This document shows positions 13,165 through 26,452 of a stretch of 64,000 nucleotides of DNA, piece by piece. The position numbers were made by a program, and so were the translations under genes. Position 1 is the stretch's first letter. Every line of letters begins with the position of its first letter. The notes below the pieces were generated by a model. It was given only the letters and a program-made list of their open reading frames with translations, was not told where the DNA came from and did no database searches. The stretch is from Glaucostegus cemiculus (Eukaryota): contig CDPCPM010000114.1 in assembly GCA_976551045.1 (NCBI GenBank), positions 21,080,001 to 21,144,000 on the forward strand. Direction: 5' to 3'.

Positions 13165-13800
13165 ACTTACAGGCAGAGGCAGGCTGAGAGACACCATGTC
13201 ACCGGCAGGCGCCCAAGCGTGAATGAACTGCAAGCTGTTGGCTCTGCCGCATTCCCAGTCCAGCTTGGGAACGTCCCCGGGACTGCTTCAGGGACAATGG
13301 AGCTGATGAGATCAGGGTAGGATCCAGGCTGATGCAGCCTCGGGCTTTTCAGAAGGTCAGCCACACGAATGCAACATTCCTGGCATAGTCTGTCGGCTCA
13401 CATCCGCCCCTCCCCCCTCCCCTCCGCAGGTAATTCCGGCTGACCCTCCCCTTCCCATCGGTTGCTATGGCCGCAGCTAAGCAGAGCATTAAAGGCTCAA
13501 TCTGCCAGCAGCTCCCAGTGTACAGATGCTGTCAGGCAGCTCGTCAGCACCCCCTCCCTCCAAAACCATGGCAACACGCGTGGCCCACAAAATTAGCAGT
13601 TAGACCTTAATGACCAAGCAAGCGTTGCATCGCACAGTATCTGGGAGGGGTGTGGGGAGATAGTCAGACGTGGGGGGATTTTTTTCTCCTTACCCCTAAC
13701 GTTGAGCAGTTGTTCCTCTCTGCCGCAGTCTCTCAACCAACTCGCTTCATCGTGCTGACTAATACCACTGGGCAAGGAATCACCAATCCGGCAGAAGGGA
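13165..13800 (-). promoter_or_regulatory. Candidate internal promoter and first exon (CpG-enriched, GC box, RFX half-sites, CCAAT) ending at a GTAAGT donor
   Basis: Non-repeat, locally CpG-rich; tccgcccctcccccctcccc ~13403-13422; gttgctatgg 13461; ccatggcaac ~13566; ccaatc ~13783; minus-strand donor CCT|GTAAGT at 13170-13165. Confidence 0.4.
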
Positions 13801-15799
13801 TAGACACAAATCAGCTACAATGAAAGCATTTAAGAGGATCTTAGGCAGACCCATGAATGTGCAGAGGATGGAGGGATATGGGCCACATGCAAGCAGAAGG
13901 GATTAGGCTGAATTAGTTTGGCACAACATCATGGGCCGAAGGGCCTGTTGCTGTGCTGTAATGTTCCATGCTTGAATATGAGAATCTTCTGGAAACAAGC
14001 CTCATCTAATGTTGTAAGGAACAGGAGGAGGACGTTCAGCACTCTGGCTCCCAGCAGAAAAAAATTAGCCCATACCACCCCTCAGAATGTCCCTGTACCC
14101 CTGTAACTTATTCTCCCCCCTACAACAACCCCCCCCCCCCACCGCCCCACTGATTCTTTTGGCCACCTCCCTATGCCCTGGGCAATTTACAGTGGCCCTG
14201 CACATTTTAGGGATTTGCAAGGAAACTAGAGCATCCCAGGGAAAACACCCAGTCACAGGGCGAACTTGCAAATTTCGTAAAGACAACACCGGAGGGTCAG
14301 GATTGAACTGGCATCACTGTAGCTACGGAAAAATAAAACATGACACCCTGACAAATTTACAATTTCCTTCAACGCTTCAGGCTTTTGTTATTCACTCTCA
14401 GTATTTACTGCTCATTCTTGGTTGTCTAAGCCTTGAGAAAAGTGGTGGGGTGTCTCAGTTGTTGATTAGGAGTCACTCACATTGGTATTCTGTAGTTTCC
14501 TGAAGGCCCAAATGTAAAGGCAGAATGTTTTATCACAAACTGACATCAGTGAAATATCTGGGGTATTTTTTTTATTACAGAGGTCACCTTCACAGATGTT
14601 TACATCAGATTCAATTTCTCTCGGCAGTGATGGGAGTTGATCCAGTAATCCAGGGATGAATTACCTTTCCAGTAACACAGCCACTGTCCCACTGAACCAT
14701 TGAGGCCCTCTTTAATTGTGGCTGTGGCCCAACTACAAGAGCATCGCAAGCGTGTGAGAAGGGCAACAGGAAACCACCTCCTCTGCCCTCCTCCACTCAG
14801 AGGATCTCACATGAGATAGGGACAATGAATGATCAGGTGCTGACTATGAATTCTTCACCCTACACTGAGCAAGGTCAGCAGTGGGCAGCTACTCAGTCTA
14901 AGTGTAGACTACACATCTCAAGAAGGTGGCGGTGTTCTACATTAAGGACCCTCACCACATGCCCTCTCCATGTTACTACCGTCAGGGAGGAGGTACAGGA
15001 GCTTGAAGAACCAGACTCAATGTTTCAGGAAAAGCTTCTGCTATCAGATTTCTGAATGGTCCATGAACACTACCTCATTATTCCTCTTTTTCACTATTTG
15101 TTTTTGTAACTTATAGTAATTTTTATGTCTTGCACTGTATTGCTGTCACAAAACAACAAATTTTACAAAATATGTCTGTGATAATAAACCCGATCTGATT
15201 CTGACGTCTGCTCGAGCCTGCTCCATCTTTCAAGTAGTGAAGGCCCATCTGATGCTTGGCCACAACACTTCCTTCCCTGAGCGCTCATGAAAAACAACCA
15301 CCTGGGCCAGGTGCAGGAGTGCTGTTCAAAGTGTCAACTCACTGACTGGGTGGGAGTCCAGGATCTCGAACGAGATTCACACATGTGTCCAGGCAACACA
15401 TGCCAGCCAGCTATTTGGCTGTGGAGCCATCACAACATTCCTATCAGTTAGTCACATGAGTCACTGGAAAGTGATGGGTTAAATAAAATTGAATAAATTT
15501 AAATAAATAAAATTAAAATTGCTCACATTATTCCAAAATGCAGTCTGACCAATGCATTATCAAGACTCAGCATCCTTGCTTTTATATTCCAGTCCTCTCA
15601 AAATGAAAGCTAACATTGAATTTCTTTACCACTGACTCAACCTGCAAGTGTCATGTCAAGTGTAAAGCATTGTCATGTCTTGGTAAAGCAGTGGGAAACT
15701 CACCAGGCATGAGTTATACCCACAGCCAGATTCAAAACCGTCCACATATCCAACTCCCTCACTTCCACCCTTACACATGGTTGCCTCTGTGTATTAGCT

Positions 15800-16195
15800 A
15801 TGTAGGTCTCAGGCAGTAAAACTCAACACCCTCCACTCCTGGGTCAGAGAGCTGTAGGCTCAAGTCCCATTCCAGAGAAGTGAGCACATAATGCAGGCTG
15901 ACATTATGGCAAGCCAATGGAAGAGCACTGCGGTTTGCAGATACCATCCTTCAGCCGAGATGTTAAACCAAGATTTAAAAGATCCCACAGTACTATTCAA
16001 AGAAGAACAGGACTTACCCCTGGTGTCCCAGCCAATATTTAGATTTTCTGGTCAGTTCCATAGCTGTGGAAGCTCGTTACATGCAAATTGGCTCCTTTGT
16101 GCATTGCAACAGAAGTAATTCAAAAAATTTTCAACACCTTTGCTAAGTCCTGAGATGCCAAATATACTCTGTAAATGCAAGCCTTGGTTTCTTTA
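15800..16195 (+). mobile_element. DeuSINE (SacSINE1-like)
   Basis: tRNA-like head (ctcaggcagtaaaactc...ggctcaagtccc) plus Deu domain aaaagatcccacagtactattcaaagaagaacagg and tail aaatgcaagcc. Confidence 0.7.
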
Positions 16196-16884
16196 AACAG
16201 CGAAACAGAAAAAGAAACTTTACTGCTGCTTTTGTCTGATAATTATACAATGGAAATCAACACAGGAAGACATTCTGAGCCTCTGCAATCGACTGTAGCC
16301 TTCAAGGTTACAACAAGGAACTACACAAAAGCAAGTTCTTTCCTTTGGAAGACAAAGGTGTTCATGAGAAGCCACAACCCATTTTTGCAACACAGCCTTT
16401 AAATTTATGAGCATTTTATCTCATGAGGCTGTACCGACCGGCAGAGGTCATAAAGACTGGGTCACTCCATAAGGTGGAGGCTGGGGGAGGTGCAATATAG
16501 TAAAGCAGAACTAAGGGGCTCCAGGGACATGTAAACTGTAGTGATCCTTGAACGATTAATGTGTTACCTTAAACCTTCAGATTATGTTACTGCCCATTAA
16601 TGAGTGAGCCCTAATAGTACTGTTCATTTCCAATGTTCTCAAGGGAGCACCACATTTAAGTACCATGGAGGTAGGGAATGAATGGGCTTAAAAGTGCCTC
16701 TCAGTACAAGATACACTAGGAGACTATCTCCCTTAAAATGGTGTCCAGTTATGGTGCTGGACAGTATCGGACAGTTAGGGGCTGCCAGTTCTTCAGAACT
16801 GTCCTGCAGTTCACCGGAGTGAAAGGTTAGTCACCTGCTGTGAGGAATTTAGAAGAAATGTACAGGCATTAACTTACGTACCAG

Positions 16885-17240
16885 AGACAAAATGAGGCCA
16901 TTTGGCCCATCAGGTCTATGCTGGCTCCCAGCACGACAATCCCATCAGTCCCATTCCCCCTCACCACATTTCCCTGCAACCCTACAGCCTATTTTCTCCC
17001 TCACACACCCATCAACTCCCATTTAATTCGTTGCTCACTTCTGTAGACTGTGAAGTAACTCTTACAATAACCAAATAAATCAACAACACATAGTTGGGAT
17101 GTGGGAGGAAACCAGAGCACCCAGAGGAAATCCACACTGTTATAGGCAGAACGTGCAAACTCCACACAGAAAGCACCAGAAGTCAGGATCGAACCAGGAA
17201 CTGTGGGGCAGCAGAGTTAACTGCTGCGCCATTGTACTGC
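16885..17240 (-). mobile_element. HE1-like V-SINE
   Basis: ttgggatgtgggaggaaaccagagcacccagaggaaatccac...gcaaactccacacaga. Confidence 0.8.
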
Positions 17241-18535
17241 ACTCATGACCATTGCTCCACTTTCCTTGGCACTTTTATTTAGGAGACCTCTAAGTACAAA
17301 ATACACGTGATGGAAAACGACAGGACAAGTTCACAGTTTAGGGTCCAAAACTCGACCGGGGCTAATTTTGAGGGAATTAGGCAGGATCTAGCAGAGCTCG
17401 ACTGGGGGAACCTGCTTGAAGGAAATGGAACAAATGGCAAGTGGGAGGCTTAAGAGTGAGATATCAAGAGTCCAGGGGGCACCATGTTCCTGTTGGGGGT
17501 GAAGGGTAAACCTGGCAAGTTTTGGAAATCTTGACTGACGAGAGATATTGAGGCTCTGGTCAAGTAAAAGAAGGAAGCATACATTGGGTTTAGGAGATTG
17601 GGGACAAGTGAATCCCTTGAGGATTATAAAAATATACTTAAGAGGGAAATCAGGAGGGCAAAGAGAGAGTATGAGATCGATCTGGCAGATAAGGTTAAGG
17701 AAAATCCCAAGAGTTTCTATAGCTATATAAAGAGTAAAAGGGTAGCTAGGGAAAGAGTAGGTCCTCTTAGAGATCAACAGGGCCACATATGTCTGGAGCC
17801 ACAGGAGACGGGTGGGATTTTTAAGGAATATTTCTCTTCTGTATTTACTGAGGAGAAAATCATGGTTGCTCACAAGATAAAGGAAACAAATAGAGATGTT
17901 TTGGAGAATGTTCAGATTACCAGGGCAGAAGTATTTGCAGCTTTACAGTGCATTACGGTGGATCAATCCCCAGAGTATGACTGAGCACATTCTTGGACTT
18001 TGTGGGAGGCTAGAGAAGAAATTGCAGAGGCCCATCCAATATTTGCTTCACTGTTAGCCACTGGTGAGGTTCCTGAAGACTGGAAGGTGGTTAATGTTGT
18101 TCTGTTGTTTAAGAAGGGTAGCAAGGAGAAGCCTGGAAACTACGGGCTAGTCAGCCTGATAGTGGTGGGGAAGTTACTGGAGGGTAGTCTGAGGGACAGG
18201 ATCTACCAGCATTTGGATAGACAACGTCTGATCAAGAGGAGTCAGTACGGCTTTGTGCATGGAAAATCATGTTTGACTAATCTTTTAGAGTTCTATTAAG
18301 AGGTAACCAAAAAGGTAGATGAGGGTAAGGCAGTGAATGTTGTCTATTTGGTCTTTAGCAAGGCCTTTGACAAGGTCCCACATGACAGGCTGGTCTGCAA
18401 GGTTAGGTCCCATGGAATCCAGGGAGAGCTAGTTAGATGGATTCAAAATTGGCTCAGAGATAGGAAGCAGAGGGTGGTGGTTGAAGGTTATTTCTTGGAA
18501 TGGAGGCCAGTAACTAGTGGTCTGCCACAGGGGTC

Positions 18536-18828
18536 TGTCACAATGTTGATTGAAGAGCAAGCTCACAGAGAACCCAAATACAGCACACTGGTACAAGACT
18601 GGAGTCAGGATACTTCCTCAGGACTGGACACAGGCAACACTGGAAGGCCTCTGAGATCTGAGTAGTAACCCCAACACGAACTGAATCTTCAAGCAGGACT
18701 AGAGAACGCAGGACTGCTCTGGAGTAGACCACTCTAAGCAGCCAGGAGCCAAAGTAAACCCAAAGGCTGACCAATACTCTGACAACTAGTGCTGCAGAAA
18801 CCCAGGTACCCTTGTTGTCTCAATAACC
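18536..18828. mobile_element. Unclassified insertion in the CR1, LTR-like start (TGTCA...TGACA)
   Basis: CR1 continuity (GLPQGS | PLLFIIYIND) is broken by ~290 bp of unrelated sequence; TGTCA at 18536, TGACA at 18780-18784; no clear TSD. Confidence 0.5.
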
Positions 18829-19033
18829 CTTGTTATTCATTATTTATATCAATGATTTGGATGTGAAAGCACAAGGCTTGATCAGCAAGTTTGCAGATGT
18901 AACGAAATTAGGAGGTGTTGTTGATAACAAAGAAGGTTATCGTAGATCACAGCAGGATTGTGATCAGTTAGGGAAGTGGACAGAGGAGTGGGAAATGGAT
19001 TTCAATACAGATAAGTGTGAAGTGATTCATTTT

Positions 19034-20297
19034 CGTATACCGGGCAAATAGATCAACAGAGGATGCAATCAACCTAGAACTTCACACTGCGTTGACACAC
19101 CTGGACAGGCAGAATACCTGTGTCAGGATGCTCTTTCTGGACTTCAGCTCAGCATTCAACACGGTAATCCCCAGCAAGCTTGTTTCCAAACTTCACAGTC
19201 TTGGCCTCAATGCCTCAATTTGCAACTGGACCATGGACTTTCTCACCAACAGACCACAGATGGTGAGGTTAGGTGGACATACATCCTCAACCATCACCCT
19301 GAACACAGGAGCGCCACAGGGTTGTGTGTTAAGTCCCCTCCTGTAAGCGTTCTTCACCTGCGACTGTTCACCCAAACATGGTACAAATACCATAATTAAA
19401 TTCGCAGATGACACAACAGTCATCAGCTTAATCTCCAACGGTGATGAGTCTGCGTACAGGGATGAGGTGGACAACCTAACAGCCTGGTGTTCTACCAACA
19501 ATCTTATCCTAAACACTAAGAAAACCAAGGAGATTGTGGTAGACTTCAGGAGGACGAGCAGAACAGAACTTGGCCCAGTGCTCATTGATGGTGAGGCAGT
19601 AAAGAGAGTTACAAGCTTCAAATTCCTGGGGACTCACATCACCGAAGACCTCTCCTGGGGAACTCACTCTACATTAAGCATCAGGAAGGCACAACAGCGT
19701 CTGTACTTCCTACGGCAGCTGAAGAGTGCAAACTTGTCAACAGGCATCCTGGTCAATTTCTATAGGTGTGCGATAGAGAGCATCCTGACATACAGCATCA
19801 CTGCCTCGTATGCCAACTGTACCAACAAAGAGGGGAAAGGCCTACAGCGGGTGATTGACATGGCATGGAAGATCACAGGGGTGCGCCTACCCGCATTGGC
19901 GGACATTTATGAGTCCCGGTGTCTGAACAAGGCTACAAACATCATTAAGGACTCTACCCACCCAGCCCATCACCTCTTCAGTCTGCTCCCCTCAAAGAAA
20001 CGCTTCAGGACATTCCACACATCCACTACCAGATTGAGGAATAGCTTCTTCCCCAGCGCTGTGAAAATCTTAAACAAGCACTTTAAATTTCATAGATTGC
20101 ACTAGTTCTTTCTCGCTCTTCTCTCTCTCCCTGTAATACATCAAGTAAACCCTACAGTGTAAACTCTAACTTAAATATTAAATAAATAGAGAATAAATTA
20201 AGTACTGTGCCTATTGTCTGACATGGGAGTGCCAATGAAATCTTGTTGTTCTGTTGTCTCAACGGCTCAATGACAATAAAGCAATCTTGGATCTTGG
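19034..20297 (+). mobile_element. Rex1/Babar LINE nested in the CR1, TSD ATTTT, (ATCTTGG)n tail
   Basis: [11 protein letters not shown]...[15 protein letters not shown]...[13 protein letters not shown]...KFADDT; ATTTT at 19029-19033 and 20298-20302; AATAAA just before the tail. Confidence 0.93.
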
Positions 20298-22699
20298 ATT
20301 TTGGAGAGTCAAATCAGAGTTGAACTAGGGAGTGTAATGGAACTGAGGGACCTAGGAGTACCAGTGAATAGTTTGCTTAAAGAGCGGCATCACAGGTAGG
20401 CAGGATGGTGAAAAAGGCGCTCAGCACACTGGCCTTCATCAGCCAGGGCACTGAATACAGGAGTTGGGACATTATGTTGCAGTTGTATAAATCATTGGTG
20501 AGGCTACATTTGGAATAGCGCGTACAGTTGTGGTCACCTTGTAGGAAAGACATGGTTAAGCTGGAAAGAATGCAAAAAAGATTTAGGAGGACGTTGCCAG
20601 GACTAGAGGGCCTGAGTATGGCCAGGCCGGGTCTTTATTCCTTGGAACATAGGAGAATGAGGGGGCGACCTAACAGAAATGTTTAAAATTATGAGAGGCA
20701 TAGATAAGGTGGATGGTAACAGTCTTTTCCCCCAGGAAACAGAGTCCAAAACTAGGGGGCATAGGTTTAGGGTGAGAGGGACAAGATTTAAAAGGGACCC
20801 GAAGGGTAATTTTTTCATGTAGAGAGTGGTGAGTAAATGGAACGAGCTGCCAGAGGAAGTGGTTGAGGCAGGTACAATGGTATCATTTAAGAAGCGCTTG
20901 GATAGGTACATGGAAGGGCTGAGCTTGCAGGGATTGGGCCGAATGCAGGAAATTGGGACTAGCTAGGTGGACAATATGGTTGGCACGGACTTCTTGGGCC
21001 GTAGGGCCTATATCCATGCTGTATTACTCTACATCTCCATGAGATGGTGCAGAAGTTGCACTTGGACTGGAGGTAGGAAGTCATCTCCTGGAGACACCAG
21101 GGAGTAGTGAGGATCCAAAAGGCAGCTGGCCACCTGTCTCTGGGGTACTGGGTCCCAGGGTTACCATGGTATCTAGTTGGACACAACATATAAACACACA
21201 CTCATTACCACATATGCTACTATTTAACATACTTCTCCAAGAACAGTCACTTTTAAATTTCTGCTCCTACCCTTGGTTACCATGCAGAAAGATTACTGTA
21301 GAGACCATGAACAAGGATTACCGTACACCAGCCTTCCTGGGAACGCTCCAGGATTGGCCCAGATAACCAATTCTCATGAGTTTGGCTTCAGCTCCCCTTA
21401 TCTCAGGCCTGTACGCACTCGTCCAAACCTGGGTCATTCTGTCCACAAGCTGTGGGTGTCAATTGGTGCATCTAGCCCCAACATCATGTGAAGCCAGGGA
21501 CTGAAAGGTCCAGTGGCCAGCTCACTGGAAAAGTTCCCAAGTAGAGGTCCTCCCCAGGTTACGACAGGTTCCGTTCCCGAGCACTGTTCATAACCCGAGC
21601 AGTTCACAAGTCGGAAATGTGGCTGCCCAGCAATATATTTAAGTAAAAGCGTAGGCCAACCAAGGGCAACCAAGGCATTTAACTCAGCCATTCAGATATT
21701 GCCATGAACCAAATTTCCACACAGCAGAAGATGCCTGCAGCACCACAGCAGATGGCAAATCCATCCCACCGGTCTCCAACACGCACATTCACATGTACGA
21801 GCTGTACATTAAGTCGGGTGTTCGTAGCCTGGGGAGGACCTGAATGTACCAGGGTCACTTTGCTAATAAGGATGTGATGGAGCTGAACTTTGAGAATAAT
21901 CAAGAACTAAATAACCTGAAGGCAAATCTTCTTTGTATACCCAGTACTCATATTCATTCATAAACACTCACACTTCTCCTGGTTCAGGTACCTATGTTCA
22001 GAAACCTTCAGTATTCCAGTTATCTTCCGAGAAGTGGAAACACTCCATGAAAAAGATGGCAATTTGTACTTACTAATTGTACCTGAGCTATAAACTATGG
22101 AAAGCCAGCTCTGAAGCATGAAAAGGAAGGAACCGCTATTTTAAAATAAATATATCTACCCCAGAGACTGTTCCAACCCTTTCAACTATTGCTTGGTTGT
22201 ATTTTCTTTCATTTTTGATTTTAAAGGAGCCTATCCTGATTATTTCAAATACGTGCAATTCCTTCAGGATACATATCTTCATAAACATAGACCCCTCAAG
22301 TGTCAAGCTGGCATAACAAAAGCAGTAGAATTTTGAGAGTTAGGTGTATATCCACACAAACATCCTGGGTACACTTGCACACTCTCAGGTTTGCCCCCAA
22401 GGTAGACCAAATTTGAGATTTTGCTTTTTGACTAAAGTATTGCAATAGGTACTGTGGCTGCCATACAATGAGGAACAATCTTATGCAGCCATTCCCCGAT
22501 GTATGAAAGAGACGTTTTCCACATGAATGCTTCATTAGGTGAAGTTTCATAAATTGAAAAGGTTTGGGTGGAATACATTTTGGTTTCACGCATTCACTGC
22601 CAGAGTCTGGTGCACTATTTGTTACAGCAACAATTAGCTTTGTAATTTGAAGACATACACCAGTCAATGCCGAAAATTTGTAAATCAAGGATACCCTGA

Positions 22700-23100
22700 A
22701 TTTACACAGCAGCTTTCACAACTTCAACACATCCCATAATACTTCACAGTCAATTCAATTCTTTCAATCACTAATATAATGTAGGAGAAACAGCAGCCAA
22801 ATGGAAGCATCAATCATCCACAAACTACAATAAGATTGTTGATCAATTGATGGCTCAGAGCTGCCCCTGGCTGAAGAATAAACATTGACTAATACACCAA
22901 GGATATTTCCCTGTTCTTCACAGAATTTGTGCATTAGACCATTTACTACATCTGAGATAGTAAGCAGGAACTTGGTTTAATAACTTGTGAAAAAAGTGTC
23001 ACTTCTGACATTGCAGCACTCTCACAGCACTGCAAAGGATGCCCGACTTAGGCTGAATGTTCATTGTCAGGGATGGGACTTGAATGCAGAAGCTTAGAGC
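22700..23100 (-). mobile_element. DeuSINE remnant
   Basis: Reverse-complement similarity to the Deu domain and the aaagcgctttggg/atataaatgca-type tail. Confidence 0.55.
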
Positions 23101-24351
23101 ATTGTAACAAAATCACAACCACAAGAGTGTGGTTACAGGCCAGGCACTGAACATTCGACAGAAAGTCACAGGGCACTGATGACACGATCACAAGGAGTAA
23201 ACCTCAGCATTGATTAAGGCTCCATCCCCTGCGGTGACCATCATCAGGTGCCATTCAGCCTGAACGTGCAACATGAACACTGTGTGCTCCAGTCAAAGAG
23301 AGAAAAGGTGCCTAAAGACACCCATAGATTTGTTAGCAATTAAGTGATGGGTTTTTGTTGTCCCCTTGACCTTGGACAGTGAACAAGGCGGCAAGATGGA
23401 ACCAGAATCCCACCAGGCTTCTCCCACTTGGAGAACCACTGAACAGTTCTCCAGCTGGGGAGGATCAAAGGGTAAGTAAAAGAAGCTTCTTAAAACTGTG
23501 GCAGGCTTTGAAATGGTGGATGCAGAAATTATTCTACTTGATTGGGAGGGAGAGGAGAATTAAAGGCCATGCAGATAAGATTGTCACTAATAAACTGTAA
23601 AGAATCCCCCAGGGATATAGAGCACACAGGGGCCACTGGGTCAAACAAGCCCATCCCACTGTTTGAGATACCTGAGCCAATGTGGAATCCAGGAGAAAGT
23701 TGTTACCCACAGAACGTGCAACTTGCTACTCATAACCCGAACAGTTTACGAGGAGAGGGATGGTGATGAGGAGATGAGGCTTGGCTCAGATGGAGCACGA
23801 ACACCAGCTGTTTGTAGGCTGCAAATTTTCTGAGAAACGTACAGATTTGGCAGTGTTCATTGAAAGTAAAGATCATCATAAACTGGGGATGGAGCAAATG
23901 TTCATGGGGCTACAGGAAAAATGTGTGTCTTTCAGGAAGATACTTGTTACTGTTTGGTTTTAGAGCCCTCGTATCTTGTGGGAATAATGATGATCAAATT
24001 CATTGGTGAGCAGGGAGGGGAGAAATGCAGGTTTCATTGAGGGGGTTGAGGGGTGAGAGAATATATGCCAGCTGCATGTCCTCAGGGTCTCCTCCTGCAC
24101 TATGGGAATCAGCCAGAGCTTGGGACCACTAGACTATGTGGAAAACTTCAAGCAGCCTATTAATTGAAAACAAGCTGCAAGCTCAATGTGGATGTGAACT
24201 TTCAGTTCCAGATTTCCAATGCCAGATCTCTGCAGTTACTAATGATCTTAATTCTCCAAGCTTGGCCGTGTCAATGTCTTGAAGTGCTTTGGTAATTGGC
24301 CTGAGAGATTCTGAGGCCCAGATCTAACATAGCCAATGGTGAACCAATATA

Positions 24352-24560
24352 AAGACAAAAGAGTCTGCAGATGCAGGAATCTAGAACAATAAACAGAATG
24401 CTAGAAGGACTCAGCAGGTCAAGAGGCATCTGTGGACGAAAAAGGTAGAAGCTGACATTTCGCGCCATGACCCTGCATCAGGACTGAGAAGGAACAGACA
24501 CGAATGCCGGTATATAGCAATGCAAAAGGGGGTAGGGTAGAGGCTGGTATGTGATAGAAC
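24352..24560 (-). mobile_element. Penelope-derived end fragment with hammerhead motif (24451-24486)
   Basis: Minus strand CAGTC CTGATGC AGGG TCATGG CGC GAAA TGTC AGC. Confidence 0.7.
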
Positions 24561-25149
24561 ACAGATACCTACAGCACAATTCAGGCCCTTCAGCCCACAA
24601 AGTTGTGCCGAACAATGGTGGAACCAGATGTTCCCTCCCCATCTTATTTCACCTATCACTGACCAGCCTCTGTCTAAGCATCATGCCAGTGACTGGAGTT
24701 TGCCAGTCAGTACTTCAGACACTCCAAATGAACCCTTCCCCTAAACTCAATGGCAGGAACAACATAATTTCAGCAATGTGTTTCTTGTACTCAAGTCTTC
24801 TTGCAATAAAAATCCAATGTACTGTCTGCCTTCCATGATTTTGTACCTGCATGTTAACTTTCAGAGATGTGTGTATATGGACATCCGGGTCCCTCTGAAC
24901 ACCACATTACAATGTCTTGCCATTTAAGGAATAGCATCCCTTCCTAATCGTTCTACCTCATCTAAGGCCAGGGAGGAATCACTGCAAAACCTCAGGGGTT
25001 TATGCTTGGTACCACTGCCTTTCAGTGAGGTTCCAAAAGGAAATTGAGCTTGTGGATTGGTTCACTAATTGTAGTCATTTGACATTGAGGTTAAGAAGCT
25101 GGCAATCATACCTTGAAGATCACTACCTATGGCAGGATTTACTTCTGAT

Positions 25150-25470
25150 TCAGGGAGTGCAGTGAATATTCACCAGATTAATTCCTGGGATGGGAGATTT
25201 CTCCAGAGAGGGGAGATTAGGCAGACCATACTTCATTCTTCACCCAGAATGTGTTGAATCTTTAGAATTCTCTACCCAAGAACCTGTGGGAACCCCATTC
25301 ACTATGTATATTCAAGACAGAAATGAAAAAAGCTTTGGATATGAAGGTATTCAAGTGATATGAGGATAGTGCTGGAGGGTGGTGCTGAGTTAAGAGATCA
25401 GCCATGACCTTGGTGGATGGTGCAGCAGGTATGAGGGGCTGAACGGCCTACTCCAGCTCCTGCTTCCATG
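25150..25470 (+). mobile_element. CR1 3' fragment
   Basis: ttcaccagattaattcctgggatg...gatcagccatgacctt...ggctgaacggcctactcc. Confidence 0.7.
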
Positions 25471-26452
25471 TTGCCATGGAGATGCATTTTACAAAGAACC
25501 CAGGAGAAAATTCATTGGGATGGGTTCTTTTCGCTCAGTTTAATTGTCCTCCGCCTCCACTTCTTCCATTTCTTACGGGCTTTCTACACTCCTCCTGGAG
25601 TTCACATATACTTTCTTATGACATAGAAGGCAGCCATTCAACCCACAAGACTATACTGGCTCCTACAGCAGCACCATCCAACCCATCCCCCTCTTATTTC
25701 CCAGTAACTTATTCCTTTTCACACACATCAGCTCCACCCTGATTTGCCTACCATCCACCCACACTTGAGGTAATTTATTGTGACCAATTAAATTAGTAAC
25801 ATACTTATTATGGCATTGGAGGCTATTTGGCCTATCAAGTCCATGCTGGCTCCCAGCAGAGCAAAGCCATCAGTCCCATTCCCCTCGCCTTATTCTCTTG
25901 TATCCCGCACATCCTCCTCACATGCCCACCCAACTCCCCTTTTGATTCTTTTTGCCATTAACCTATACTAATTGGTAACTTACATTGGCCATTTAGCCTA
26001 CCAGCAAGTCTTTGGGATGTGGGAGGAAGCCAGTCAGAGTAAGAACGTGCACACTCCATACTGGCAGCATTGGAGGTCTGGATTGAACCTGGGTCTCTGG
26101 ACCCGTGAAGCTGCTGCTCTAACAGCTGCGCTACTTCTGTCTTTGAGCTCTGCCAGCCTTCAATGGGGAACTGCACCCTTGCCGTGACGTTGATTCCCAC
26201 CACACACAAAGGCAACTCCTGCCAAGAGTGCACTCGCTCAGGCCACCTTGACAAACACAGCCGTCCCACTCCACCCAGAACACAGTAAAACTGAATTAAA
26301 TGCAGCAAAAGCAACAACAGCTGTCAATGCCAGCACGCTGGTGGAACTTAACCTACATATTAAATTCAATACACTGGAATTATTGAATTCAAGGAAATAA
26401 ATCACTGCAAATGAAGAACTTGCACTTCCATTGTCTTGTACAACTTCAAGAA

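Larger units (their letters stand above)
17310..21030 (+). mobile_element. Long decayed CR1 LINE (ORF2 RT region), interrupted by two insertions
   Basis: Peptides [67 protein letters not shown]; multiple stops and frameshifts; CR1 3' end at ~21030. Confidence 0.92.

Noticed and set aside
19467-20105. 212-aa ORF as a host gene
   Set aside because: It is the C-terminal part of a Rex1/Babar RT, with an upstream in-frame stop at 19344-19346
25958-26317. ORF containing RVHSWQ, reminiscent of the RPHSWH motif in the next Shroom exon
   Set aside because: Flanking residues do not resemble Shroom and the ORF runs into a V-SINE; probably chance
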